From NCBI RefSeq assembly GCF_009914755.1, contig NC_060935.1: DNA of 64,000 bases. One strand, 5' to 3'. The position numbers and the translations under genes were made by a program. The notes below the pieces were generated by a model. The model was not told where the DNA came from. It was given only the letters and a program-made list of their open reading frames with translations, and did not search any database. Positions 48,501 to 64,000 of the stretch are shown here, in pieces. Origin of the DNA: the human T2T-CHM13v2.0 reference genome, Homo sapiens. Each line of letters starts with the position of its first letter. The stretch's first letter is position 1.

Positions 48501-48891
48501 AGAGTTAATCAAGTTGCCCCGCCCCCCCCCCCCTCCCCGAGTCATAACAAGCTGCTGCCGATTTACTGGGCTGTATAAATTGTAGGAAAAGTGAGGGACA
48601 TGTAGCCATAACAGCAAAAAAGCAGCCCAGAATAGTTCTTCTTTCAGTACCCACTCCAGATAACATATTATTTTAGTTATATTTCATGAATTTTTCTTAC
48701 ATTCTTTTAAGTAGGAAATGTCCAGTGTGCTCATGTTGAACAGACACAAGCCAAAGGACTGTGCTGTGTGAAGTGACTGCATATGGGAATGAATGGATGT
48801 GTCATCAGGAACTGCTTCTCTTTAAAGGGATGTGGCATAGTGGTTACAGTAGTCACAAAATTTAAGAATACAATGATAACTTATCAAGCTA

Positions 48892-49101
<210 letters not shown>

Positions 49102-49848
49102 CTATACAAATACACATGACAGTTCAGCAAGGAAATGCATAAACAGAATTACTGGGATGCTTTTAACATTGTGTAGCTAGATGGAGGACAATGCCTATAA
49201 ACACTCTCAGACCCCAGTGATCGTTCCAAGATTTTTTCAAAATGTTAACATTCTATTCACATATTCTTTCTTAAATTTGTCTAAAATTTTGACAGTCTTG
49301 CAAGACTATTAATCTCCAAGTTCCCATGTGTTTATAAATACCTGATAGATATAAATGTATTTTCCTACTTTCTGAAAAATGCTATGAAAAATTATTCTCT
49401 CTTTTATTCTGAAATATACCACTCATTTATTTGGGACACAGATCAAGATTTCTGGAATAAAAATTTACACTATTAATCTCAACTTGAGAAAAGGTCAATT
49501 TTGAATATCACTCAAAAAAGACTTGGAGAATGATGGTATTCATAAGCAATAATTTTTTGAATAAAATATAAATTCATGCTGATATAGTATTTCTAAAGTT
49601 TTTTATTAAATTAGTATCAAATCAGCATTTCTGCTTCTTATGCCTTACGTCTCTGCCCCATGACACCTTACTGATGTTGCATTTGGAAGCAAAGAGTTAA
49701 AATTTTCCAGATTACTGGTCAAACGAGTGTATAAAACAGGGAATGAACAAAGGGCGAAGAGCAGTCCATGCTTTCATCCCCATTGCTGAGTTAGCCCTTG
49801 GAATAGTTAAAACATGAAGGCACAAATTATAAAAATGTATTGAGATTA

Positions 49849-50142
<294 letters not shown>

Positions 50143-51183
50143 TTAGTGAGTATAAAAAAAATTCTTCACTTCTCTGAAGCTCACTTTTCTTTTCTGTAAA
50201 ATGGTTACAATAGGATTGCTGCAAGGATGGGGTAATATTGTGCATATGAAGTACATAATCATAGCTCAATATCTAAATACATAAGCACTCAATAAATGCT
50301 ATTAACATAATTTCATAACCACAGATATGAACACTTAATCCATAGCGTTGGCAATGGAATTGTTAGAATCCTTTTAGGTTTCCTCCTGATCTATACTTCT
50401 ACTCATATCCAATAGATAATAATCATATACATCTTAATGGAAAATACAATATAAACAGACAATGTTACCAAAATCACTGACATGTCTTAGGTAGGAATTT
50501 CAATGCTTTAGGCCTAATTATTGACCAAAGCTAAGCCAGTTTGCTTAACTCAGGTGGTTTCACTTCCCTGGCAAACTGTATTTTAGAGAAATATGGAAAA
50601 CAGTAGGCTTACATTTCAGTTGTTGCTTCTTATTATAACACTGAAGACCTAATATTTAAATAATCTATTCCAAACACACTTTATGAAAAAAAAAACACGT
50701 GTCCATGGTGAACATAAGTCAAAACTCTTGCCACTATTGATAAGTCATATCTACTCAGTGATAAGATCTGAGAAATTCAATTAGGAAAGTAGCTGTTTTC
50801 ATAGTTAGCATCCCCAGGAGTGAGTCCCCTGTAAGCAGGAGGGTAAGGGAGTTTAGAGCAACAGACCCTAGAGTCAGCAAGCAAGGGTTACAGCCTGGCT
50901 TGTTCCACACACAGCTATGGAATATTCAGCAAATTACTTAATTTTTGTGAATTTCAGTTGCCTCTTGGTGAAATAGAGATAATAAAGGGAGGCATGCAAG
51001 GTATTTACCTGGCTCTAAAAATGTAAGTTATTATTTAATATTAGAAAGCTTCCTATATTTTAGAGTCCCTCCAACTCATTTGTAAAATCCCCTCATTTTG
51101 CAAAACAGGAACTAGAGATGAAGTCTTTACCAAAACATTATCCCATGGACTTACATAAACGCTGTTAAACTAATATTTATTTA

Positions 51184-51573
<390 letters not shown>

Positions 51574-51699
51574 TTATGTTAGAATCCGGTTTTCGAATGG
51601 AAGTCTCCTATCTTAAAGGGCTTCTTAAGTGTCTGCTAGAGTTGAGCTTCTTAGTTTATTGAGAACATGACTCTCCTGGTTTACTAGCAATTTCCCATA

Positions 51700-51950
51700 A
51701 GGGGATAGCATAATAGTTAAGAGTTCAGACTATAGACTCAGTATCTGTAAAAATTCATGTATGTATGTACGCACACACACGTATAACAAAGAACTTATGC
51801 AAACTACTTCTCTAGTTTTGTTTCCCCATTTTTGAAAATGAGATAATATCCCTTCTAACTCTCTTGTCTTCGTGAGAATTCAGTAAGTCAGCATATGTTC
51901 AGCGTTTAGCAAGTGCCTGGCACTTAATAAATGGTAGCGTTTATTATTCA
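51700..51950. mobile_element. MIR
   Basis: tagcataatagttaagag..aaaatgagataata..gtgcctggcacttaataaatggtagc. Confidence 0.7.
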
Positions 51951-53019
51951 GTCTTAAACTATAATTACACTATAATATAATTTTAGGCTTGTAGCATATT
52001 TGTAGTCATTTAAATGTATTAGAAGTAACTTTTATTGGTCACTCAAACAAGTCTATTTTTACCATAAAATGAAGCAATTATTCACTTATGGATTTTTTTG
52101 GCATTATTACATCAGGTCATCAAAAATGCAACTAAGAAACCATTATGAAGAAAAACACAAAACAGTGTGTAAGAAAGGGGAAAAACATAATTACAAATTT
52201 GTATTTGCTTATTTGCTGAGAAGTGGAATTAGGAGAGGATAACAAGAAACTAATAAAAGCAGTTTCCTTTTTTATAGTGCTTTGAATATAAGTATTATCT
52301 ACAAATAGCTTTGAATTTTTTTAATTAAGTGCATTTTAAAAAATCTTAAAATTAAACATTAAAATAAACATTAATAATAATAATGGAGGCCTTATGTGAT
52401 ATTGCCAATAAACTCACAAGTGAATGTTAACTAATTTCTTATCAGAGGGTTTGAAATGAGTATTCAAAGGGAATATATTTTCCCCATCCAGGTTTCTACG
52501 AGGTGGTAGTCTCCTTAAGTACATAACTGGACCAATTTCCATCCCTTAGTCACTTTCTTCCTGGAAAGCTGGAATGACTTATCTGATTGCTAAATTGGGA
52601 TGAATAACTGGACATAGTTAGCTCGGCATTACCTTCTCTCTCTTGGGAATTCTCCTCTGGTCCTCCATGGAAGATCTCACTTGATCGGGCACTTGCTGCC
52701 ATCCTCTTTTTGTGAGGAGGACTGCCCTGGCCCATTGCTATCTAGAAACTGGAGGATATGTCTGCCTAATTCTGGGGTTCAGTATTACTGAATCCATTAG
52801 CTAATAGAACTATGTCATCCACCCTGGATTTTATCAGTGTTAGAGGTGATGATCTGGCCTCCATATTAATTTCTTGTTTTATTTCTCAACTAATTCTAAG
52901 CCTGGTTGGGAAACAGTGGTGTTATTGATTGGGGAACCTCTCAGAGATCCCAACAATTCCTTCGTTTTCAAATACTTTTTATATATCTTAAATGAAAATG
53001 GCACTCAAATGTGAACTTT

Positions 53020-53555
53020 ATTATATATATCTATGGGGCACAACTTGATGTTTTCATATATGTCTGTCTACACTGTGCAAAGATTAAATTAAGCTAATTA
53101 ACATATTCATCACCTCGAATATTTACATTTTTGTGGTAAGAACATTTAAAATTTACTCTCAGCAATTTTCAAGTATACAGTACAGTACATGATTATTAAC
53201 TCTAGCCACTATACTGTATATCTCCCTTATTATAAGCTTATTACAAGCTCCCTTATTATAAGCTCTAACTAATAAGTTAGAACTTACTCATCCTATCCGT
53301 GTACCCTTTGTAAACTTTGTACCTTTGGCCAACATCTCCCCATTTTGTGCCTTTTACCCCAGCCCCTGACAACCACCATTACCTTCTACTTCTTTGAGTT
53401 TGACTTTTTTTAGATTCCACAAATAAGTAAGATCATATACCATTTGTCTTTCTGTGCCTGCCTTATTTCACTCAGCATGATGTCTTCCGAGTTCATTCAT
53501 GTTGTTACAAATGACAGGATTTTCTTCTTTTAAAAGGTGGAATACTATTCCATTG
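53020..53555 (-). mobile_element. L1MA 3' fragment
   Basis: ttagattccacaaataagtaagatcat..atttgtctttctgtgcctg.cttatttcactcagcatgatgtc. Confidence 0.85.
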
Positions 53556-53682
53556 CACATATATATACACACACACACATGTGTGTACATATACATATAT
53601 ACACGTGTGTGCATATATACACACACGTGTATATATACATATACATATATATGTATACAGAGAGAGAGATACAGAGAGATAG
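53556..53682. repeat. Mixed (TA)/(CA)/(TG)/(GA) microsatellite
   Basis: Mostly alternating purine-pyrimidine runs, ending in a GA run. Confidence 0.9.
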
Positions 53683-53992
53683 ATCAAACGTGAACTATTT
53701 TTAATTAAAAAAGAGGGAAAAATAAATCCAGGACATAAGACATGTATTCTCCATGAAGTTTGATAAGTAGCCAATTGATCCAAGAGATAAAGGGAGATGA
53801 GTCTTGTGATTAAGAGAGTTTTCCAGGGAGTAGAAAAATCAAATGAAGCAGCAGAAAGCATGCTTCCTCACATATAGATGCTCATTCTTCAGATACAGAT
53901 GTTGGAAACTCACAAACAATTTTATGAGAATTGTGCAGTAACCGAACTACTACTGACATCTGTTTTACAAGAAAATTCTGCATTTTTATTTA

Positions 53993-54265
<273 letters not shown>

Positions 54266-54639
54266 TTAAAATATCAATTCAATCGCATTCAGCCTTAGCT
54301 GTTCTATAAAACAAAATATGTTTGAAAGGTCTCAGCCTGACATTACAAAACCCTTCAAAATTTGGTCCCAACCTGCCGTCCCACCATAATTCCCATATCC
54401 TCACAAATATCCTAGTCCAGAAATATCAGTGCATACCTGAAAGCAATTTGACAAAGTTCATTGAACACCTTAAAATAACAAATGTCCTGCTGATCAATTA
54501 ATTCCACACATAAAAATATATTTAACAGATGTTTATTGTAGGATACTTTATAATAACCCAAACACACCCACACACTCAAAATAGAAGTAAAATGGAAGTG
54601 GGACTTCCGCAGATGGAGTATTATCAAGCCATTTAATAT

Positions 54640-55110
54640 TTTATTAATTACCATGGGACAGTGACCATGAGAATGTGTCTCAGTGACATCCAACTACAGG
54701 AATTTGATTGATCACAGGCCTCACCTACTGCCTTCTGAAAACCACTGCCACTTTTGTCCAAGGCCGTGTCTCCCCCCGGCTGCTCTCAGCCAATTACTGA
54801 GGGTGCCCCTTCTTGGGAGACATGGGACTCTTCTGATGGCTGACTTTGGCTCAAGGATTTCATGACAGCCTTGCCAACCTTTCCTTAGACTGTGTAAAGA
54901 TCTAGGATGCTTCTACCCAACCTTCCTGCCTGCTCTCTGTCCCTTGGGGTTTGACTTGTATCCCTGCCTGAGAGCCCTTGAGACCCTTCTCAGCTCTCTT
55001 GCCATTTCCTCTCACAAGAAATGTTCCTTAATAAAATTCCCATTTCCCTTAATAAACCTGTTGAACATTTAATCTTTGTGCCTGCTTCTTGGAGGACCCG
55101 GACTAACATA
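54640..55110 (+). mobile_element. LTR16-like ERVL solo LTR
   Basis: aataaa..tgcttcttggaggacccggactaaca 3' terminus; gatgcttctacccaaccttcc. Confidence 0.75.
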
Positions 55111-55299
55111 CACTGGAAAAATCTTTATATTGTAATGCTAAGTAAAAATGTTTAAAATGTTATGATGTGTGGTTTATGTTTAAAACCAGCACAGTGACAG
55201 CCTAGATGGGATGACAGGAACTTATTAATAGTAGTTGTCTTTTTCTGGTAGAATTATTAATAGTACTGCATATTTCTTCAAAATTTTAACGTAGTATTT

Positions 55300-55545
55300 A
55301 GGAACACTGGATTTGAGATCAGGCTACCATGGATTCGAGAATTTCTTCTTCCATTTGTCAGCTATGAAGTCTTTGATAAGGTATTTAAACTATCTAAAAC
55401 TCAGTTTGTAAAATGGGAATGATATTGGTTCATTCCTACTTCATTGGATTGTTATGAGGCTTAAATAAAATAGTTCATGTGAAATACACAGCTCAGTGTC
55501 TGGCACTTGGAAAAAAGTATGACTAACATTTATTGAGTGCTTACT
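55300..55545. mobile_element. MIR
   Basis: ctcagttt-gtaaaatgggaatgata..ttgttatgagg.ttaaat..agtgtctggcac. Confidence 0.7.
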
Positions 55546-57556
55546 ATTTAAAATTTTCCATGATTGGCACATGTATTTTTTTCTTAATTTGAAGAATCCC
55601 ACTTTTTTAATTAAAAAGAAGTTGCTTTATCCCTATTAAGATACTCTACTCTGACATCCTGCCTCCTGCTGGAGCCATCTGGAGAAATACAACCCAAACC
55701 AACAACTGATCAAAACTTGCCTCCATCAAGAAGTCCTTCACAGCCTCGAGTTGAAAATAATCTTCTCCTCTTACCCTCAGCAACCACCTGCCTCAAATTC
55801 TCACATTTGTCCTAAATGTCAGTCACAAAACCTGCTATGTGAATAGCTGCAGAGCCCTGTGGGGATTAAGGAAATGCCCCGTCTCTAATTTCCAAGAGCA
55901 CGTCATGTGCCTTTTCTTAAAGCCAGCATTAAGTGCAGCATAGAGGACATGGATTTAAGAGAAGACTTCATTACTTATTTTGAGTTGTTTCAAGTTAAGA
56001 GGGGACTAGGATTGAATTCATATATAATCTGGGGGATCAAATTTGTAACAGGAAATACGGCAGTTTTTTTCCCCCTACTGTGGTCCCCGGGCTCCTGTCA
56101 GCCTCACGAGGAGATGCGGATGGTTCAGAGTAACAAGCATGGGGACTAAAGGGACATTTGAACTCATGCAGTCTAGTTGTTTTCAAAGCTTCCTCCCACT
56201 TTTCCATTTTCTTTTCTCTTTCTCTCTTTAAGAAATAAATAGAATTCTTGGCACAAATGATGTCTTCCTGAAGCTTAAAAACTAAAACAAGTGAGCTATT
56301 CTGCTTGAAGGAAAAGTTCGTGTCTCATTTGTCCTGAGGACCCCTGAGAGCTGCCAAGGAGAGTTTGAAATCCCGCATCAAGTCCAAGCTTGCCCCAGGC
56401 AGGAGACTTCACAGGGATCAAGCCTCTGCTCGTATAGATCTTGCGATAAGGTGCTTAACTAATTCTGAAGGCTGCTCATTCCACTGTTGAATTTTCAGAA
56501 TATTCCTTCAACGTGGATGCAGTGGTTCTATTTTTGCCCTCTAGACAGGTAGCAAATGAGTCAGCTCCCTCTGCCTTCAAATTTCTTTTTACAAAAAACA
56601 ACCAAAAAACCCACCTGCGTGCTCATTAAATCTGTTTTTCTCTAGCAGAGGCAGGTTAACCATGAAACTGAAGCTTCAAGATGCCTTTACTTGCCCAGGC
56701 TCCTGCTAAGTCGTCACTTTGTCTTCTTTTTCACTAAATGGGGCCCTCTGAATAAACAAGCCTCAGATTCCACTGGGTCTTACACCATGCCTCACCCTCC
56801 AGGGTAAGCTTCCCCAGCCCCCTCAAGTGCTGTTCTGAGAACCACTCACTCTCCTAACTAACTGCTGTGCTTGAAACGCTCCTTAGTTTGCCAATTGGCT
56901 GCACGTGGCACCCAGGGCCTGCAGATGTGGTCTCGCCATTGGGTAATTACTGCCTGGACTGCCGTCCTCTCCTTCTGTTGAAGAGTCAGCCCAGGACTGC
57001 ATCTGCTTTCTCAGCAGCTCAGACTGGCCGTTAAGTGACAAGTGCTCCTAAGGCCCTTTTCACTAGTGTCTTCAAGCACGTCCTCCTCCCTGTGTTCCTG
57101 CTACATGTCCTACATGTCCTCTCATTGATTTGAGCTCACTGTTCTGCCTTGTCAACATCTCCTAACACATCAGTTTTGTCATTTAACCTTTCAACTTTTT
57201 GTCAACTAAAAATGAGATAAATTTGTTTTGTGACTAATAGTGTCATCCTCTCCCTCAAGCCCAGATAACACACCCAACATCTCATCTAAGTAGGCCACTT
57301 CTTATTAACATTTCCAGAAAGTACAACTTTCTTTCAAGAATAACTTCAAAGAAGAAAATAAATACCAATGTCAGAAACTGAACCAGGAATCTAACATAGG
57401 CTACAAAAGCATCAGCTATCCTGAGTTGTTCATTATTTTCCCTTTAAATAAACAGTGTTAGCTAGTCTCTGAAGTCAAATACAAAGGCTGGTGGGACAAA
57501 AGTTACAAGGAAAATGCTTTTGATTAGAGCCTCATTTAATATTCCTGTGTTTGTTA

Positions 57557-58255
<699 letters not shown>

Positions 58256-59149
58256 CCCCTTTATATAAAATTTAATTTTTAAAATTCTTTACCCCTTATA
58301 GAAAATTTAATTTTTCAAAGTTTCATCTTGTCCTAAAACAGTCATGTTTTGCCTAATAGGAAAATAGCACTTCTTGTAAAAGTGACATATAAATGCTCAG
58401 TGAAAAGTTGAATAATAATTGTAATTATCTGAAATTTCTTGAACATGTCCGTTGTGCCAAGTACTGTATTATTTACCTTACATATACTAAGACATAAAAA
58501 ATAAACTATGAGACATGGGCTTTTAGTTTAACAAGATAAAGGCCATGCACAAGTGATTGTTTATTCTTATTTTAAATCAGATATTGGAAGTGAAATATAA
58601 TTTCTTTTTCTAGTCTCATCAATTAAATTAGAAAAGAAATAGAATAAAATCAAAGCCATCTTCTGTATCCAAGAGTTATCATTACTTTGGTGATACAATT
58701 CACATTTTATGCCACTATCCATATTTTTCCCTAAAACATATTCAGGAAATGAAGTGATTTGAAAGTTTTGAATAACTCAAATGCTACTGAATTAAATTTA
58801 AAATATTCCTATGGTAATTTGAAAAATGCGTCTTAATATTTTGACTGATCATCTCATCAAGCTCCAGCATGAAGCCAAGAAGACATGTCCTGCCTTAGAA
58901 GTGATACAAAACTGACTGTCAGTGCTTCTCCAGGTCCCTAGAGAGGGAGGTGGGATGTTGGGGGGAGGGAATGGAGAAGCCTGTGGATTATTAAAGGATT
59001 TATATGAAAATCCCTGAGCCTAATTTTCTTTACATCTTGCATATGTTAACCCTACATAATTTTATGCATAGTCAGGGCCTTAAGTACCATCTGGAATTGA
59101 GGATGGCTGGAACTTTATTCAAAACCCAAATACTCCCAGGGATCATACT

Positions 59150-60005
59150 TTCTATTACCGAATGGACATTTCCACCTTGAAATTCCATGGGCACTTCAAA
59201 GTCAGTCATAACCTAAACTTTATCAGCTTTTCATTCCTCCAGTCCCAGGCATGATCTCCCTTCTGTATTCTCCCTCTTAGAGACTGTAGTCACTACCTGC
59301 TGATCCAAGGCAGAATCCACAGCTCTCCCTTCTGATGTGCAATAATCACCAAGTTGTTTGGGGTTTACCTATTAGGGTGCTCTCGAGTCCTTTCCCCTAT
59401 CTCCTGAGTTCCAGGCCTCATCCTCCTCGCAGGGAGCACTTCCATTGAGTCTCAGCCTCTGGACTCTTTAAAGCCACCGTCTATCTCACAACCACTGTGA
59501 CCTTTCTAAAACATGATCAGATCAAATCACCAATTGCTGAAAAGCATCTTCTAGCCATTTCTCCACCCTTATCTCCCATCACTCGCATCCATAAATGCAC
59601 CTTGGCTCCTTCTCTGCCTAACTCATCATATTTCGAGTGTGCGAGGTATTGCCATAGTTCCACATCTCTAATGTTCCCATGCCATCCTTGTCTCCCAAAC
59701 AGGTCTGTTTAACATTCTTTTATCCTCAAAGTACCACATTGAAGATACTGCCCAGGAAGGGCTTCTTGCCCCTTCCATTTCACATCCCACCTCAGATTTA
59801 GATGCCCAATCTGTGTATGTTCATAATATCCCAATAACTCAATTATAGCATTTGTCACATTGAATTTTAATTATTGATTTACTTACTGACCTGCCTCCCA
59901 GACTTAACTTCCTTGAACACAGGGACTGTCTCATTCACTTTAGTATCCTCGTTACTTAACAAAGGCACTTAACAGCCACTGGATTTATTTATTCATAAAT
60001 ATCTA
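59150..60005 (+). mobile_element. L2 fragment
   Basis: tggacatttccacctt..ggcacttcaaa..acctttctaaaacat..tccttgaacacagggactgtctcattcact typical of L2. Confidence 0.7.
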
Positions 60006-60654
60006 ATTGAAGTATCTTTATTGTTTGCATTATATTTAATGGCAAGCTACATGTATGATTGATTCTAAAGACAAATAGTATAGCAACTAAGATCATATTC
60101 CTTCTCTTCCACTTACCACCCAAGAGGCCTAAAGAAAGTTACTTGATCCTTAGATAAATCCTATAAAATAGATGTGATTATACATTATAGACTAGAAAAC
60201 TGAGGTGCAAAGAAATGATGTGATTTGATGTATATAAAGTGCTTGGAATAATTCTTGGCACAAAATAAATGCTCAATAAATGCAAGTGGCTGTTAGCTTC
60301 AATTCCTATCAAATCTCAATGTAAAATTGTGGTTGTGTTTAAGCTTGAAATCATAGCTCGCTCTCAAAATATGAATAGTATAATAGCTTTTTGTCACTGG
60401 TGGGATGTGATTGATACTACCCTGTTGGTTTTCTTCCTGGGTTTTCCTTGGAAATGCAAAAGGCGCACAGCATGCGAGAAGACTATGGCACTGATAATGA
60501 ACCCAAGGCAACTGTACTTTAGGAACACAAAGAAAATTATGATGTGTGGTGCACTGTATCATGCTGCATACATTTGTATAACTGATGTGTGAAAGAATCA
60601 GTGTCATTCAGTCCAACTGCTAAGACTGCAAACAGAAAACATGACAGAAAATCA

Positions 60655-61053
<399 letters not shown>

Positions 61054-61829
61054 TCACGTTCCTCACCTACATGTGCTGATGTTCTTGATTAATAACTAAA
61101 TACATGTATTTTTCTAATAAAGGATATTTAAATTCTTAAAATATATAATATCGTTGACAAAATATAGAGCATAATAATATCAGCATTATTCATATAAAGA
61201 AAACTAATTTAGTGGGTCTGAGGTATTGAGGAAGTGGCAATGAAAATATGAAACTGAGTCTACTTTGCCAGGTATAGAACCTTGGTGGGTGTCCTCACAT
61301 ATACTTCATTGACAGGCATGCAATTCAGGCCTGAGTGGATGTTGTTATTTTGGTGATCTTGTAAATGCAGTAAAAGTCATGAGTACCAAGAAGAGAACTC
61401 CCAGCTGAGGACAGGGCAGCAGGACAGTTCCTACAGTGTATTGAAACAATCTCCTGGAAGGACACTGGATTTAAAGTCCAACATTTTAGGTTCAGGTTCC
61501 AGTTTCATTCCCTCATTAGCTGAGTGACAATGAGCACATTTCCTAAATTATGTGAAAACCAGATTCTTTATATGAAATACGGGGGACAAAAAAAGCTAGT
61601 GTGCCTTTTATAGTACACGATTCATCTCTGTCTAAGAGGTACAGATCTTCACCTAGGCAGAGTGAGGATCTAGGATATGACTAAGGGGTCTGGACATCCT
61701 CTGAAATGAACAAAACTTAAGCTGTGTGTGCAGTTTCCCCCACCCTTTAGGAGATGGTCCATAGCTTTCAACTGCTTTTCAAGTGAGTTTATTATTACAG
61801 AAAACTTTGAAAACTAATAAAATACAACC

Positions 61830-62030
61830 AACACTTAGTTGGCACTGTTTTAAGTGCTTTACACTGTTAACTTGTAATCATTACAACAATTCAAAAGGGC
61901 AGGTGCACTCAAATGCCCACTTTCGATGAAGAAACTGAGGAAGTGAAGTCCAGAAACTTGTTCAAGGTCACATATCTCATAAGTGGTAGAGCTGGAACTT
62001 GAACCCAGGCATTCTTGTTCCTAAGTTAAT
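61830..62030. mobile_element. MIR
   Basis: gatgaagaaactgagg..acttgttcaaggtcaca..taagtggtagagctggaacttgaacccaggc. Confidence 0.85.
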
Positions 62031-62288
62031 ACTTCTATTTGGTTTACAGAATAATTTCATACTTTCTCATCAATGGGCCTACATATGTAAATTATTAGGA
62101 ATTATCTTTTAAGACTCGGAAAAGATAAATGCTATCATGGAAGGAACACAATCGGTGTTCTCTATTTCCCTACCTTTATTTGTCTATATGGTTTTCAAAA
62201 TAATAAAACTTAGAGCTGGAACCAATTAACTTATCTTGACATTCTGAATGTTAGGCCAGACACAGAATATCAGGAGATATTGTATTGT

Positions 62289-62306
62289 ATCTCTCTCTCT
62301 CTCATG

Positions 62307-62354
<48 letters not shown>
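62289..62354. repeat. (TC)n followed by (TG)~22 microsatellite
   Basis: Direct observation. Confidence 0.95.
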
Positions 62355-62357
<3 letters not shown>

Positions 62358-62361
62358 AGTG

Positions 62362-62840
62362 CAGTTGTCCCTAGGTATCCATGAGGGATTGGTTCCAGGT
62401 CCTTCCGTGGATACTAAAATCTAAGGCTACTCACGTTCCTGATATAAAATCATAATATTTACATATAACCTAGGCACATCTTCCCATATACTTTAAATCA
62501 TGCCGAGATTACTTATAATACGTAATATCATGTAAATGCTATGTAAATTTTTGTTATAAGATACACTTTTAAATTGACATATATTTGTACATATTTATGG
62601 GCGGTATATAGTGATGTGTCAATACGTATAACATATAGTGATTAGATTAGGGTAATTAGCATAGCCATCATCTCAAACATCTATCATTTCTTTGTGTTGA
62701 GAATATTCAATATCCTGTTTATAGAATAATGCCAAAAGAAGTCTGTACCTGTTCAACACAGACACAATTTTTTTCAAATGTTTTCAATCTGCGGTTTGTT
62801 AAATCCGGGGATGCAGAACCCACATATACAGAGGGCCAAA
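62362..62840. mobile_element. MER2 interrupted by a short antisense L1 3' fragment (~62566-62715)
   Basis: cagttgtccctaggtatccatgagggattggttccagg...gatgcagaacccacatatacagagggcc; L1-like insert gattagggtaattagcata.ccatcatctcaaaca. Confidence 0.85.
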
Positions 62841-62842
62841 GA

Positions 62843-62843
<1 letters not shown>

Positions 62844-62875
<32 letters not shown>
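62844..62875. repeat. (AC)~15 microsatellite
   Basis: Direct observation. Confidence 0.95.
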
Positions 62876-62879
<4 letters not shown>

Positions 62880-64000
62880 TTTAAAGCCAATAGATTCTAG
62901 AATTGCAGAGCCAATCCAAAGTTAGTTTGTAAAAGTTTGCTGTAAAAATATGCTTAGATAAGATCACCTACTGAATTGATTCAAGGAGTATTTTTGTTTT
63001 TTTTTTTAGATCCTTTTAAAATCAAACTCTCAATCAAACGATGGCAAAATTAAAACAAATGGTATAAAAAGTAAGTTTGATTTTCTTCTGCCTATTGTCC
63101 TTTGCTATTTTTCTTTTTAAATATAAATAGTTAAAAATAAACATCAATGTTATATTTCCATGATATGTTTCACATAAAATTTTAATTCTATAATGTTTTA
63201 TGTATGATTTATTTTAACCGTGTATTAGAGCAAGTGAAAATGTATTGCAAGAATCCATATCTTTCTCATGGGAAAATCCATTATAAATCCTAAACTTTTT
63301 TTTTTTTAATTCTCAATTTATTTGACTGTTTGAGGAAACCTGGGATTAGAGGCAATGACTGTTAGTGAAATTCATGAAAAAGTTATTTATCACCTGCCTG
63401 GTTCCAGGAAGAATAAGAAGCAGCTTTCAAGGACATCATACAGTAGAGCGTAAATTAAAGTAGAACCAAATAAATAACATAAATAGAAAACACGAGGTTG
63501 GGGACATAAAATGGAGTTGAAATAAAGCTATCTACCTTAGAATGAGCCACAAATCTGAAAACTCTGGAACCTTAGTTTCACTGTCCTGAACAACTCTAAA
63601 GTCAATCTTCAATTTTCGGGGCAAGGTGTCTGATCTGTGTGCCTGGCCCCTACCTGGCTTCCCTTCTTTCTCCACTGGCCTACTGACCTTTATGTAACAC
63701 TACTCTTCCTTTATTTTATTCTAAAGGGAGTATCAATCCAGGCATCTTCTTCTGCTTATTAAAAGTCTTAGGGTATTTCTTGGTTTGTTTGTTGGTGTTT
63801 TCTTGTTTTGTTTTGTTTTGTTTTGTTTTAGCAATCAAACAAAAAGCTGGTTGCCTAGAAACTAAAATGGGCATGTTTGAAACCTCGTAGCCTTTATTTT
63901 TCTTACAAAAGTTGAGAATTGTATTTCTCTTCAAACTGAGGGAGATTTTGGCATCTCTCACTAGACTTTAGGAATTGAAGGGAGTTATCCTTTTTGGTAA

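Overview
Primate (very likely human) genomic DNA. It contains the 3' half of TRPC6 on the minus strand: nine coding exons (60879 down to the stop at 30669) that I spliced by hand at GT-AG junctions into one uninterrupted 1503-nt frame (500 aa + TAA). This matches residues 432-931 of the 931-aa channel as I recall it (exons 5-13: transmembrane helices, LFW pore, TRP box, C-terminal coiled coil). A ~1.4-kb 3'UTR follows, then ~29 kb of repeat-rich downstream sequence. The rest is a typical mammalian TE landscape (L1, Alu, L2, L3, MIR, ERV/MaLR LTRs, hAT and Tigger MITEs). Repeat subfamily names come from recalled consensus sequences, and boundaries of old repeats are approximate. I see no convincing novel gene or biological system; most supplied ORFs are repeat-derived or chance. 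The most notable items are structural: a multi-donor templated insertion inside inverted arms in intron 5, a perfect 20-bp hairpin just past the 3' end, a possible NMD-escaping read-through of the last intron, a microhomology-type L1/Alu deletion, and a 3'-truncated sense L1 in intron 10.
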